The position numbers and the translations under genes are program-made. A DNA stretch of 64,000 bases from NCBI GenBank assembly GCA_015064625.1, contig SVRW01000001.1, positions 132,884 to 196,883 on the forward strand, in the 5' to 3' direction. Below, one piece after another: positions 8,562 to 18,274 of the stretch. Each line of letters starts with the position of its first letter. Position 1 is the stretch's first letter. The notes under the pieces are model-generated. The model saw only the letters and a program-made list of their open reading frames with translations. It had not been told where the DNA came from and did no database searches. Origin of the DNA: Oscillospiraceae bacterium. Its GTDB lineage: Bacteria > Bacillota > Clostridia > Oscillospirales > CAG-382.

Positions 8562-9995
8562 ATGATATTCAGCAGCTTTATTTTTCTATTTTTCTTTCTT
8601 ATTATAACTATTGGTCTATATTACGTATGTCCAAAAAGAATAAGAAATCTTGTTCTTGTTGTAACAAGTCTTGTGTTCTACGCCTGGGGCGAGCCGATTT
8701 ACGTTACGATAATGCTCTCGTCCATTTTATTCAACTGGATAATAGGTATATTGATTCACAATTCAAAAGAAAGGCAGAAAGAATCAGCTATATTTCAAAA
8801 ACTGAAAGTTGATAAAGTTCTGATAATTATCTGTTGTATAGTCAATCTCGGAACTCTCGGATTTTTCAAATACACAAACTTTTTTTTTGAAAACGTAAAC
8901 AGTATTTTTGATTTTGCGATTGAATCCCTTGAAATTGTTATGCCAATTGGCATTTCTTTCTATACCTTCCAAACCCTTTCATACGTTATAGACGTTTATC
9001 TCGGAAAGGTAAAGGTTCAGAAGAATATTATTGACTTTGCCGCATTCGTTACAATGTTCCCACAGCTTATAGCAGGTCCTATAGTAAGATACTCAGATAT
9101 AGATACACAACTTGTAACAAGAGAAGAATCCTTTGAAAAAGTATCAAAAGGAATAATAAGATTTATAGCGGGTCTTGGGAAAAAGGTTTTATTTGCAAAC
9201 AAAGCAGGCGCTATATGGGAAGCAGTCTACTCAAATCTGAATGGTGAAATGACAGTATCTATGGCGTGGCTCGGAGCTATAGCATTTACGTTTCAGATTT
9301 ATTTCGATTTTTCAGGATATTCCGACATGGCGGTTGGTCTCGGTCAGATGTTCGGATTCGACTTTCCAGAAAACTTCAAATATCCTTATATATCGCGTTC
9401 AATAACAGATTTTTGGAGAAGATGGCATATAACTTTAAGCTCATGGTTCAAGGAATACGTTTATATTCCATTGGGCGGCAACAGAAAAGGCAAAGGACGT
9501 CAGATACTCAATCTTTTTATAGTCTGGGCACTTACAGGATTATGGCATGGTGCAAGCTGGAATTTTGTTATATGGGGGATTTATTTTTTCGCACTTCTTA
9601 TGCTTGAAAAATTATTCCTTCTTAAATTCTTTGAAAAGCTTCCTAAATTCTTTTCGCACGTATATTCCTTGTTCTTCATCATAATAGGTTGGATAATTTT
9701 CTCTTGCACGTCAATTACTGAAATTGGTACGTATATTCAAAATATGTTCTACGGCAAATTGATGTCAGATTATACGTTATATCTTTTAGGTTCAAATGCA
9801 ATTTTGCTTATTTTAATGGGAATTGCATCAACTCCTATCCCCAAAAAAGTTGCGAAAGGCATTGCGGAAAAGCTCAAGCTTTCTCCAGAAACACGTTATA
9901 TGTTCAAAATTGTTGCTTCCATGATAGTGTTTGTTTTATCCATCGCCTATCTTACGGGAGATTCATATAATCCATTCTTATATTTCAGATTCTAA
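8562..9995 (+). CDS. MBOAT-family membrane O-acyltransferase (AlgI/DltB-like)
   Basis: The ORF is 477 aa and polytopic. It has the conserved block FWRRWHITLSSWFKEYVYIPLGGNR with the MBOAT catalytic His, followed by WHGASWNF. Confidence 0.85.
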   Translation: MIFSSFIFLFFFLIITIGLYYVCPKRIRNLVLVVTSLVFYAWGEPIYVTIMLSSILFNWIIGILIHNSKERQKESAIFQKLKVDKVLIIICCIVNLGTLGFFKYTNFFFENVNSIFDFAIESLEIVMPIGISFYTFQTLSYVIDVYLGKVKVQKNIIDFAAFVTMFPQLIAGPIVRYSDIDTQLVTREESFEKVSKGIIRFIAGLGKKVLFANKAGAIWEAVYSNLNGEMTVSMAWLGAIAFTFQIYFDFSGYSDMAVGLGQMFGFDFPENFKYPYISRSITDFWRRWHITLSSWFKEYVYIPLGGNRKGKGRQILNLFIVWALTGLWHGASWNFVIWGIYFFALLMLEKLFLLKFFEKLPKFFSHVYSLFFIIIGWIIFSCTSITEIGTYIQNMFYGKLMSDYTLYLLGSNAILLILMGIASTPIPKKVAKGIAEKLKLSPETRYMFKIVASMIVFVLSIAYLTGDSYNPFLYFRF

Positions 9996-10006
9996 TTCCC
10001 GAAAGC

Positions 10007-11137
10007 ATGAGGTTTACAATGAAAAAAATCCACGTTTTATTTTCAATATTTTTTTTCACTCTTCTGACAGCTACCACTTTACTGACTATCTTCATCCCTG
10101 ATAAAAAGAAATCAGAAACAGAAAACAGAGAGCTTCAGCAAAAACCGCAACTTACTGTTGAAAACGTTTCAACTGGCAAGTTTCAAGGGGATTTAGGAGA
10201 ATACCTTTCTGATCAATTCCCATTGCGTGAACAGATGATAAAGCTTAATACTCTTATTAACAATGCATTTGGCAATAAAAATCTCAACGGTGCTTATAAA
10301 GGTGAAAACGATTATTACTTCGAAGTTATACTTGATAAAAACATTGATATTGATAGATACAACTCTAACATAAACGCTATTAACGTTTTCAATCAAAAGT
10401 ATCCTGAAATAAAAGTTAATCTTATGTTAGTTCCAACATCAAGCGATATATACAAAGATTATCTTCCTAAAGGTGCACCGATTTACAACGCAGATATTTT
10501 ATATGAAATTGCAAATGAAAAGTTGGATGAAGGTATTTTTATTAACATACGAAATACTATGGAAAGCAACAAGGATGAGTATCTTTACTACAAAACAGAC
10601 CACCATTGGACATCTAAAGGAGCATATTTAGCATACAAAGAATACTGCTCGGTAAAAGGAATTACCCCAAAATCCTACGATGAATTCAATTTTGAAGATG
10701 TTTCTGACGACTTTTACGGCTCTTTACATTCAAAGAATCTTGATGCATTTGCAAAAGCAGACATTGTTTCCATTGCAAAAAACATTGGTAAATGCACAGT
10801 AATGGCAAACGATATAAAAATCGAAATGTATGATATAACAAAACTTTCATCCAAAGATAAGTATTTAACGTTTTTTGGTGACAACTACGCAAAAACTGTT
10901 ATCGAAACAGAATGCAAAAACGGTAAAACCTTGCTCGTTGTGAAGGATTCCTTTGCTAACTCTTTCGTTCCTCTCCTTACAGAAGATTATGAAAAAATAA
11001 TAATGATCGACCAGCGTTACTATACGAAATATTTCTCATCCTTGATTGAAGAATATAACGTGACAGACACTTTATTTTTATACGGAGTTACAAATTTTTC
11101 TGCTCAGACAAAACTTGCGACAGCTTGCAAGAATTAG
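10007..11137 (+). CDS. DHHW-motif protein (SGNH/AlgX-AlgJ-like partner of MBOAT)
   Basis: The ORF has an N-terminal TM anchor and the literal motif YYKTDHHWTSKGAY. It lies immediately downstream of the MBOAT gene, 11 nt away. Confidence 0.75.
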   Translation: MRFTMKKIHVLFSIFFFTLLTATTLLTIFIPDKKKSETENRELQQKPQLTVENVSTGKFQGDLGEYLSDQFPLREQMIKLNTLINNAFGNKNLNGAYKGENDYYFEVILDKNIDIDRYNSNINAINVFNQKYPEIKVNLMLVPTSSDIYKDYLPKGAPIYNADILYEIANEKLDEGIFINIRNTMESNKDEYLYYKTDHHWTSKGAYLAYKEYCSVKGITPKSYDEFNFEDVSDDFYGSLHSKNLDAFAKADIVSIAKNIGKCTVMANDIKIEMYDITKLSSKDKYLTFFGDNYAKTVIETECKNGKTLLVVKDSFANSFVPLLTEDYEKIIMIDQRYYTKYFSSLIEEYNVTDTLFLYGVTNFSAQTKLATACKN

Positions 11138-11146
11138 CTTAAACTC

Positions 11147-11176
11147 AAAAACTGCCCTCGGATGAGGGCAGTTTTA
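11147..11176. terminator. bidirectional intrinsic terminator
   Basis: The hairpin is CTGCCCTC-GGAT-GAGGGCAG, flanked by an A-run upstream and TTTTAT downstream. It sits between convergent genes (DHHW on the plus strand, upp on the minus strand). Confidence 0.8.
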
Positions 11177-11187
11177 TAAAATAAGTT

Positions 11188-11832
11188 TTATTTTGTTCCG
11201 AATATTCTATCTCCAGCATCACCAAGACCTGGAACGATGTATCCGTTTTCGTTGAGACGTTCGTCAACGTTAGCACAGTATATTTCAACATCGGGATGAG
11301 CTTCGCTCAATGCTTTTATTCCCTCTGGAGCAGCAATTATACAGAGGAATTTTATACTTTTTCCACCATAATTTTTGATTTGTGATATAGCATCAATAGC
11401 AGAACCGCCCGTTGCAAGCATAGGGTCAACTACAACTATAAGTCTGTTTTCTATATCGGGAGGAAGCTTACAATAGTATTCATGAGGTTCAAGAGTTTCT
11501 TCATCTCTGTACATTCCAATATGTCCAACCTTTGCCGAAGGAACAAGATCAAGCATACCGCCTACCATACCAAGTCCAGCTCTCAATATAGGTACGATAG
11601 CCAACTTTTTGCCTTTAATCATCTTTTGCGTTGTTTCAGTAATAGGTGTTTTAACTTTAACGTCTTCAAGCGGAAGATCTCTGAGTGCTTCATAGCACAT
11701 GAGCATTGTAATTTCTTCAATAAGCTGTCTGAATACTTTATTGGACGTTGTTTCGCTGCGCAAAATCGTTGTCTTATGCTTTATAAGGGGATGCTCAAAA
11801 ATAGTAACGTTTTGGTTTTTCTTGTTTTCCAT
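11188..11832 (-). CDS. upp: uracil phosphoribosyltransferase
   Basis: The ORF is 214 aa. It has the PRPP-binding loop [12 protein letters not shown] and the C-terminal [17 protein letters not shown]. Confidence 0.95.
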   Translation of the reverse strand: MENKKNQNVTIFEHPLIKHKTTILRSETTSNKVFRQLIEEITMLMCYEALRDLPLEDVKVKTPITETTQKMIKGKKLAIVPILRAGLGMVGGMLDLVPSAKVGHIGMYRDEETLEPHEYYCKLPPDIENRLIVVVDPMLATGGSAIDAISQIKNYGGKSIKFLCIIAAPEGIKALSEAHPDVEIYCANVDERLNENGYIVPGLGDAGDRIFGTK

Positions 11833-11853
11833 TTGTACTTCCTCTTTTCATAT

Positions 11854-12828
11854 TTATTTTAGCACTTCTTTGTAGAAGTTCAAAACGTTTTTATAACATA
11901 TTTTTTCTATCAATGTATCCTTGAATCCATTTTTCCTCAATAAAAGGAAAAGTTCTTGTTGTCTGGATGCATCGGGAATCTGGACAGGCGGATTGTCAAT
12001 TCCATCAAAATCCGTTCCCAAGCCAAGACAGTTTTCCCCGCCTTTATTGATTATGTGCTTTATATGCGGGATAAAGTATTCTATATCAATACCTTTACCT
12101 AATGTATAATTTTTACTCAAAAAAGAATTGCAATAATTAAGTCCTATAATACCGTTTCTCTCACCGATTATTTTTATCATTTCATCCGTCAGATTCCTTG
12201 GATGCGGGCAAATTTCTCTTGCGTTGGAATGGCTTGCCACGAAAGGCTTACTGCTTTCAGCTGCAACGTCAAAAAAACCTTTATCAGAAAGATGCGAAAC
12301 GTCGGGAACAATACCAAGTTTTTCCATCTCATTCAAAATTTCAAAACCTTTTTCCGTTAGTCCCGAATCAAGATTAACCACAGCCTTTTCATCTTCCAAA
12401 GAATTTGGAGAACCTAAACAGTTTTTATAATTCCAAGTAAACGTCATCATTCTGACGCCTCTATCATATAAAAGCTTTAACTTTTCAATGCTCCCTTCAC
12501 AAACCGCTCCTTCTTCAATCGTAAGAACCGCTGAAACCTTTCCTGAGTTCATATTATTCTCAATATCAGCATACGAAAACACAGGTGATATAACGTCTTT
12601 GTTAGCTTCCAATTCTGAATAATATTTATCAATCATGTTTGATGCAAAATTGAAATTCGCTTCATTCTTGCCAAGATTCGTAAATATAGCAAAATTTTGA
12701 AGAACGTATTCCCCTTTTTTCAACTTCTCACAATCAATGTGTGAATTACTCTTTTTAAGATGACAATCTTGATTTCTCACGATGTCAAGCATTGTATCAC
12801 AATGCAAATCAGCAATATACATAAACAC
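11854..12828 (-). CDS. membrane-dipeptidase family (M19) dipeptidase
   Basis: The motifs DLHCDT, FTWNYKN, DVSHLSD, ASHSNAR and LGTDFDG are typical of renal-dipeptidase-like M19 enzymes. Confidence 0.8.
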   Translation of the reverse strand: MFMYIADLHCDTMLDIVRNQDCHLKKSNSHIDCEKLKKGEYVLQNFAIFTNLGKNEANFNFASNMIDKYYSELEANKDVISPVFSYADIENNMNSGKVSAVLTIEEGAVCEGSIEKLKLLYDRGVRMMTFTWNYKNCLGSPNSLEDEKAVVNLDSGLTEKGFEILNEMEKLGIVPDVSHLSDKGFFDVAAESSKPFVASHSNAREICPHPRNLTDEMIKIIGERNGIIGLNYCNSFLSKNYTLGKGIDIEYFIPHIKHIINKGGENCLGLGTDFDGIDNPPVQIPDASRQQELFLLLRKNGFKDTLIEKICYKNVLNFYKEVLK

Positions 12829-12855
12829 CTCAAAACGTTTTAAGAAAGGATTTAT

Positions 12856-13329
12856 ATGAGAAATACTACATTATGCTATTTGGAGCAAAACGAAAAATAC
12901 TTAATGCTTTACAGAAACAAAAAGAAAAATGATTTAAATGCAGGAAAATGGGTTGGAATCGGCGGTGGATTCGAACATCGAGAGTCTCCTGAAGAATGCG
13001 CAAAGCGTGAAATATATGAAGAAACAGGATTGATAGTAAATGAATTAAATCTAAGAGGTATTATCACCTTTGATAATGATATGTCAGAAACTGAATATAT
13101 GTTCCTATTTACCTCAAAAAGTTTTGAAGGTTCTGTTACTTCAGATTGCAATGAGGGGGACCTTGCCTGGATTGATAAAAAAGACATCCTGTCTTTGAAT
13201 CTCTGGGAAGGCGATAAATATTTTTTAAAGCTTATAAGTGAGGATTCACCCTTCTTTTCAATGAAGCTTTCCTATAGCAAAGATAAGCTTGTTTCTGTTT
13301 CCGTAAATGGAAAACTTTTAAATGAATAA
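12856..13329 (+). CDS. NUDIX hydrolase (MutT-like)
   Basis: The Nudix box is GIGGGFEHRESPEECAKREIYEETGL (Gx5Ex7REUxEExGU). Confidence 0.85.
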   Translation: MRNTTLCYLEQNEKYLMLYRNKKKNDLNAGKWVGIGGGFEHRESPEECAKREIYEETGLIVNELNLRGIITFDNDMSETEYMFLFTSKSFEGSVTSDCNEGDLAWIDKKDILSLNLWEGDKYFLKLISEDSPFFSMKLSYSKDKLVSVSVNGKLLNE

Positions 13330-13334
13330 GAGAA

Positions 13335-13365
13335 AAAGGCTTTCGATGTCGAAAGCCTTTGTTTT
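13335..13365. terminator. bidirectional intrinsic terminator
   Basis: AAAGGCTTTCGA-tg-TCGAAAGCCTTT is a perfect inverted repeat followed by GTTTT. It sits between convergent genes. Confidence 0.75.
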
Positions 13366-13366
13366 A

Positions 13367-13699
13367 TCAGATTTCGGAAGCGCCTTCAGACTCGTCTGCT
13401 ACTTCATCTTCATCATCGATCATACAGAAAACATCATCTTCATCATCCATGAAGAAGTCGTCGTCAAAATCATCGAGACAATCATCACAGCAAGAAGCTA
13501 TTTTCTTCTTTTCGTGAAGCGCAAAAGCAATAAGTGCTGCACCTGAAATTCCGCCTATACCAGCTGTAATAGCAAGAGCTTTAGCTAAGCTTTTCTTTTG
13601 CCCCCAAAGAATCAAAGCGGCAATACCAAAGCAAACACATTGAACCACCAAGCAAATTCCAATGTAAAATTTTGTTTTTTTCATAATCATAACCTCCAT
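13367..13699 (-). CDS. hypothetical small membrane protein with poly-acidic Cys-containing tail
   Basis: The ORF has two predicted TM helices, then ...SCCDDCLDDFDDDFFMDDEDDVFCMIDDEDEVADESEG. The likely start is MKKTKFY. I recognise no family. Confidence 0.5.
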   Translation of the reverse strand: MEVMIMKKTKFYIGICLVVQCVCFGIAALILWGQKKSLAKALAITAGIGGISGAALIAFALHEKKKIASCCDDCLDDFDDDFFMDDEDDVFCMIDDEDEVADESEGASEI

Positions 13700-13742
13700 T
13701 GTTATTATTATATCCTTGTTTTTGGTTTTTGTTCTGAAAGTT

Positions 13743-14852
13743 TTATTTGTTGCACGAATATTTCAAGAATTCATTGATGAAATCATCAATTTCGCCGTCT
13801 ATAACAGCTGAAATATTTCCCGTTTCGTATCCGGTTCTATTATCTTTTGCCAACGTATAAGGCATAAAAACGTAACTGCGGATCTGGCTTCCCCATTCAA
13901 TATTCATTTTATTTCCCGCTATATCCTCTATTCTATCAAGCTTTTCTCTTTCTTTGATTTCTAAAAGCTTGCTCTTAAGCATTTTCATAGCGGTTTCTTT
14001 ATTCTGAAGCTGACTTCGTTCCGTTTGACAACCTACAACTATACCTGTTGGAATATGGGTTATTCTTACAGCAGAGTCAGTTTTATTGATATGCTGACCT
14101 CCTGCTCCGCTTGAACGGTGCGTATCAATTTTAAGATCTGCTTCATCAATAACTATTTCCATATCATCGTTGAATTCGGGCATAACCTCAACAGAAGCAA
14201 AGGAAGTATGTCTTCTTCCTGAAGAATCGAAGGGAGAAACGCGGACAAGTCTATGAACACCATGTTCGCTTTTTAGATATCCATAAGCATTTTCGCCTTC
14301 AATAAGCATGGAAACGCTCTTAATACCAGCTTCATCACCATCAAGATAATCAAGCACTTTAAGCTTGAATTTTCTACGTTCGGCAAAACGACAATACATT
14401 CGATAAAGCATCTGAGCCCAATCCTGCGCTTCAGTTCCGCCTGCGCCTGGGTGAATTGACAATATAGCGTTGTTACCGTCAAATTCTCCTGAAAGCAAAA
14501 CTTCAATTTTTTGTCTTTCATATTCTACTTTCAATGAAGAAAATTCGGAAAGAATTTCATCTCCCAAAGATTCGTCATCCTCGGAAACTGCAAGATCTAT
14601 TAAATCAAACAAATCATCGAATCCCTTTTTAAGCTTCATAAAGCTGTCATAGGTATTCTTTTTCGACGTTAATTCTTTTAATACAGGTCTTGCCCCTGCA
14701 GGATCATCCCAAAATCCAAGAGAATTAACTTTTTCGTTTAATTCATCTACTCGTGCCTTTAAAACATCAAGATTTAAAGATACGCCCAAATCATCAATAT
14801 TTACTTTAAGTTCTTTGATTTCAGGCATTGCCTGATCAAGTTTAATAATCAA
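13743..14852 (-). CDS. prfB: peptide chain release factor 2
   Basis: The ORF has the SPF tripeptide (RVSPFDSSGRRHTSFA) and the GGQ motif (SGAGGQHINKTDSAVR). It is a single uninterrupted frame from TTG 14852, preceded by GAGGGA. Confidence 0.9.
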   Translation of the reverse strand: MIIKLDQAMPEIKELKVNIDDLGVSLNLDVLKARVDELNEKVNSLGFWDDPAGARPVLKELTSKKNTYDSFMKLKKGFDDLFDLIDLAVSEDDESLGDEILSEFSSLKVEYERQKIEVLLSGEFDGNNAILSIHPGAGGTEAQDWAQMLYRMYCRFAERRKFKLKVLDYLDGDEAGIKSVSMLIEGENAYGYLKSEHGVHRLVRVSPFDSSGRRHTSFASVEVMPEFNDDMEIVIDEADLKIDTHRSSGAGGQHINKTDSAVRITHIPTGIVVGCQTERSQLQNKETAMKMLKSKLLEIKEREKLDRIEDIAGNKMNIEWGSQIRSYVFMPYTLAKDNRTGYETGNISAVIDGEIDDFINEFLKYSCNK

Positions 14853-14903
14853 TGGTTTTCCCTCTTACGTTTTTTTTAATTGTAACATATTATGCAGAAT
14901 ATG

Positions 14904-15758
14904 TCAAGCATTTTTTGTTCTGATTTGCCCAAATATTGAACAAATAAAAAACATAACAATGTTTACAACTGCAACAGTTGAACCTACAGGACTTTCAATG
15001 TACATTGATAGTATTATACCAACTGCGGCACTTATAACAGAAATAATCGCAGAAGTAATTACCGTTGAAAAATAACTCTTGCAAACTCGCATTGCAGATA
15101 TGGGAGGAAATACAATCAAAGCTGAAATTAACAATGCTCCCACAAGATTCATTGCAAGAACTATAACAACTGCTGTAATAACAGACATAAACAAATTAAC
15201 ACGTTCAGCACTCACACCGCATGATTGAAAAAAATCCTCATCGAACGTTACTGCGAAGATTTTATTATAATTAAGAACAAAGAGCAAAATTACAACTATA
15301 GAGAACAAAGAACACAGAAAAACATCTGAATTTTTCAGATTCAAAAATGCAGTTGACCCGAACAAACTGCTACAAACATCACCACTTATATTCGTTGATA
15401 CAGGAAAAACATTCATCAACAAATATCCTACAGCAAGCGAACCAACGGACAGCATTGCAATAGATGCATCTCCTTTAATTTTTGATTTTTTTCCTGTCCT
15501 CAATATAATTATTGCAGAAAGTACCGTTACAGGCATTACTATAATCATATCGTTGCCCGTAAAATTAAGGATAGCCGATACAGCCATTGCTCCGAACGCA
15601 ATATGCGAAAGCCCATCCCCTATCATTGAATGACGTTTCAACACAAGTGATGCACCAAACAGTGACGATGAAAAGGCTATTAAAATTCCCACAATAAAAG
15701 AATATGCCACAAAAGGATATGAGAAATATTCGAAAATCGTACTAAGAAAGTCTTTCAT
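14904..15758 (-). CDS. metal (Zn/Mn) ABC transporter permease, ABC-3 family
   Basis: The ORF is 284 aa and polytopic. ...LVLKRHSMIGDGLSHIAFGAMA.. is typical of ZnuB/AdcB/TroC-type permeases. Confidence 0.8.
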   Translation of the reverse strand: MKDFLSTIFEYFSYPFVAYSFIVGILIAFSSSLFGASLVLKRHSMIGDGLSHIAFGAMAVSAILNFTGNDMIIVMPVTVLSAIIILRTGKKSKIKGDASIAMLSVGSLAVGYLLMNVFPVSTNISGDVCSSLFGSTAFLNLKNSDVFLCSLFSIVVILLFVLNYNKIFAVTFDEDFFQSCGVSAERVNLFMSVITAVVIVLAMNLVGALLISALIVFPPISAMRVCKSYFSTVITSAIISVISAAVGIILSMYIESPVGSTVAVVNIVMFFICSIFGQIRTKNA

Positions 15759-15787
15759 GATATTTTTCCGTTCTATATATTATGTCT

Positions 15788-16777
15788 TTATTCAGAAGTA
15801 ACCAACGCTTTTTTTACAGTTTCTATGTTGTTCTTCATCACAGAATAATAAGAAATTCCATCTTCTATTTCTTCACGACTTACAGACTGTAAAGAATTTA
15901 TGGTCAGAATTTCAAGCTTTCTTGGCGAGGAAGAAACAACCGCAGAAGATATACTTGCATTTGATTTTTCAAGCACGAGAATATACTTCAAAGAATTTTC
16001 TTCTACCGCTTTGCAAAGCTTAACTACATTTTCATACGTTGCTTCCGTTTCGGAGGTACACCCCGAAAATGCGGCTGTACATCTTATATTATAATCATTG
16101 AAAAAATACACAAAGGGATATCTGTCTGCCACAACAACGAAAGGATTTTCAAATTTAGAAAATGAAGAAATGGCTTCTTCGTGAAGGCTGTTCAGTTTAC
16201 TGCAATATTTTTCTGTATTTTCTTCATAATAAGATTTATTCGTTTCATCGAGGGTTACTATAGCATTTTTTATCTCATAACATATAGATATTGCGTTTTC
16301 AATGGAAAGCCATACGTGTTCATCGTATTTATCCTTATGGTCATCTTCGTGAGAATGTTCATGTTCATCATGATTCGACATCAAAAGTCTTTTTTCGTCT
16401 AAAGCGGAAATTAAAGAAACTTTTACACAGTCTTTGTTCATCGATTTATCTTCCAAAATATTTTTCGCCCAAGAATCAGATTCTCCGCCGTTATAGATAA
16501 ATAAATCAGAATTAAGAATCTGAATTTTCACGTTAAACCCAACATCAGTTTCAAAGCTATGAACATCTGCTCCGTTCTCAAAAAGATATTTTATATCAAA
16601 TTTTTCGCTTTTTTCTCCGACTATTTCCTTCACAAAATCATACTGAGAAAAAGCAGTACATACTATTGATATTTTATCTTTTTTTCCCTTTTCAGAGTCA
16701 AAACAAGAAGATAAAAAAACCATAATTAAGCAAAGAGAAATAACAGATATAGTTTTGAATATTTTACTTTTAAACAT
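15788..16777 (-). CDS. metal ABC transporter substrate-binding lipoprotein (ZnuA/AdcA-like) with His/Asp/Glu-rich loop
   Basis: The signal peptide carries a lipobox (VFLSSCFD). The TroA-like fold motifs include ADVHSFE. The acidic His-rich loop is HDEHEHSHEDDHKDKYDEHVW. Confidence 0.8.
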   Translation of the reverse strand: MFKSKIFKTISVISLCLIMVFLSSCFDSEKGKKDKISIVCTAFSQYDFVKEIVGEKSEKFDIKYLFENGADVHSFETDVGFNVKIQILNSDLFIYNGGESDSWAKNILEDKSMNKDCVKVSLISALDEKRLLMSNHDEHEHSHEDDHKDKYDEHVWLSIENAISICYEIKNAIVTLDETNKSYYEENTEKYCSKLNSLHEEAISSFSKFENPFVVVADRYPFVYFFNDYNIRCTAAFSGCTSETEATYENVVKLCKAVEENSLKYILVLEKSNASISSAVVSSSPRKLEILTINSLQSVSREEIEDGISYYSVMKNNIETVKKALVTSE

Positions 16778-16820
16778 CAGATTTTATCCTTCTATATAAA
16801 TTCTTATGAGCAAAATGAAA

Positions 16821-16866
16821 ATGAGAATCATTATCATAATTATAATATTTTTAGAAATTTTGTCAA
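16821..16866 (-). promoter_or_regulatory. consensus sigma-A promoter plus Zur/Fur-like operator of the metal uptake genes
   Basis: On the minus strand this reads TTGACA (16866-16861), a 16-nt spacer, then TATAAT (16844-16839). Immediately after it comes the 17-bp near-palindrome ATGATAATGATTCTCAT (16837-16821). It has a 7-1-7 AATnATT core similar to the Firmicute Zur box AAATCGTAATnATTACGATTT. Confidence 0.55.
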
Positions 16867-16905
16867 GTCCTTTTCTGTAATAATTTAATGATTTTTTTAG
16901 AAAAG

Positions 16906-16937
16906 AAAACTGCCTCTGCGCAATTCAGAGACAGTTA
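16906..16937 (-). terminator. intrinsic terminator after hisS
   Basis: The stems CTGCCTCTG / CAGAGACAG have one mismatch. On the minus strand the hairpin is followed by TTTTCTTTTC. Confidence 0.7.
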
Positions 16938-16943
16938 AAAATT

Positions 16944-18185
16944 TTATTTTGTATTTTTGAAGAAATCCTTGAATATCGTGTATCCTTCAGCAATAAGCTT
17001 ATCCTTCTGGAATTTAACGTTTTTGTTTCTTGGAGTAACCATAACGGTTTTTCCTTCATTCCTAAGGCTTGTCGCTTCAGAGAACATTTCTTCAAGCTGT
17101 TCTTTGGAAAGCCCATTCTCCGCAAGAAAAACTATTTTTTCATCTTCTGTTGGAACTTTAAAGCCTTTATCTTTAAGAATTGTTATTATTCTTTCAAAGC
17201 CGATGGAGAAACCGCAAGCAGGAACTTTTATACCAGCAAACTTCCCTATCATATCATCGTATCTTCCTCCGCCAGCAATTGAGAATCCGTATCCTTCAAG
17301 TTCGATTTCAAAAATAGTTCCTGTATAATACGACATACCTCTTACAAGAGTTGGATCAAAAACGATATCAAAATCCCCTTTATTCAACTGTTTAACACAA
17401 GATATTATCATTTCGATATTTGTGCTTGCGGACAAGTCGTCAGTGAAAGAAGAACAGAATTCATTACAGTTATCCCAGGAAGCTGTATAATATGACATAT
17501 ATTTTTTGCATACGTCTTCAGGATATCCGCAAGAAATAAGTTCTTTTTCAACACCTTCAGCACCGATTTTATCCATTTTATCGAGAATAATGAATACTTT
17601 GTCATAATCCTCTGCAGGAAATCCGCATTTTTCGGCGATTGCTTTTAAAATTCTTCTGTCATTTATTCTGACCTTGAATTTTTCAAAGCCAAGCTTTGTA
17701 AGCATTGCAGAAGTTGCAGAAACAAGCTCGATTTCAGCAAGGATAGAGCTATCCCCAAGAATATCTATATCACATTGGGTAAACTGTCTGAATCTTCCTT
17801 TCTGAGGTCTGTCAGCTCTCCACACGTTTCCAAGCTGAAATGCCTTGAAGGGAGCTGTAAGCTTTTCCATGTTTGAAGCATAGTATCTTGAGAGCGGTAC
17901 TGTTAAATCGTATCTCAAACCGCTGTCAGCAAGGGCTGAAGAATCAGTAATATCCTCTTTTGAAAGCTTTTCTCCTCTTTTCATTATTTTGAAAATAAGC
18001 TTTTCATTATCGCCTCCCTGCTTGCTTGTAAGATTTTCAATATGTTCAACAGCAGGTGTTTCTATAAGAGAAAAACCATATTTTGCGTACGTTTGTTTTA
18101 TCTGTCCCGTAACGTATTCTCTGAGTCGCATATCCTCGGGAAGAAAATCATTCATTCCTTTTACAGGTGTTTTAATATATCCCAT
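16944..18185 (-). CDS. hisS: histidine--tRNA ligase
   Basis: The class II aaRS motifs are GLRYDLTVPLSRY, FRQFTQCDIDILG and GGGRYDDMIG. I prefer the start at ATG 18185 (MGYIKTPVKGMNDF), which is preceded by GGAGAA. Confidence 0.9.
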   Translation of the reverse strand: MGYIKTPVKGMNDFLPEDMRLREYVTGQIKQTYAKYGFSLIETPAVEHIENLTSKQGGDNEKLIFKIMKRGEKLSKEDITDSSALADSGLRYDLTVPLSRYYASNMEKLTAPFKAFQLGNVWRADRPQKGRFRQFTQCDIDILGDSSILAEIELVSATSAMLTKLGFEKFKVRINDRRILKAIAEKCGFPAEDYDKVFIILDKMDKIGAEGVEKELISCGYPEDVCKKYMSYYTASWDNCNEFCSSFTDDLSASTNIEMIISCVKQLNKGDFDIVFDPTLVRGMSYYTGTIFEIELEGYGFSIAGGGRYDDMIGKFAGIKVPACGFSIGFERIITILKDKGFKVPTEDEKIVFLAENGLSKEQLEEMFSEATSLRNEGKTVMVTPRNKNVKFQKDKLIAEGYTIFKDFFKNTK

Positions 18186-18227
18186 AATTATTCTCCAATC
18201 AATAAAATTTCGTTTATTCATTATAAA

Positions 18228-18255
18228 ACGGCTCCATAATTGAAGCCGTTTTATG
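18228..18255 (-). terminator. intrinsic terminator after the lipoprotein gene
   Basis: The hairpin is AAAACGGCT-(loop)-AGCCGTTTT, with a T-run on the minus strand. Confidence 0.65.
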
Positions 18256-18274
18256 ATTTAATCTTATACAAAAA

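Noticed and set aside
13743-14852. Programmed +1 frameshift site expected in prfB
   Set aside because: The N-terminal region equivalent to the E. coli frameshift window (…DDLGVSLNLDVLKARVDELNEKV…) is in one continuous frame from the TTG start. No in-frame UGA or CUU UGA motif is present, so this RF2 is not frameshift-regulated.
18186-18274. T-box leader upstream of hisS
   Set aside because: Only about 90 nt separate hisS from the upstream gene, and most of it is that gene's terminator hairpin. There is no specifier loop or T-box sequence (AGGGUGGUACCGCG-like).
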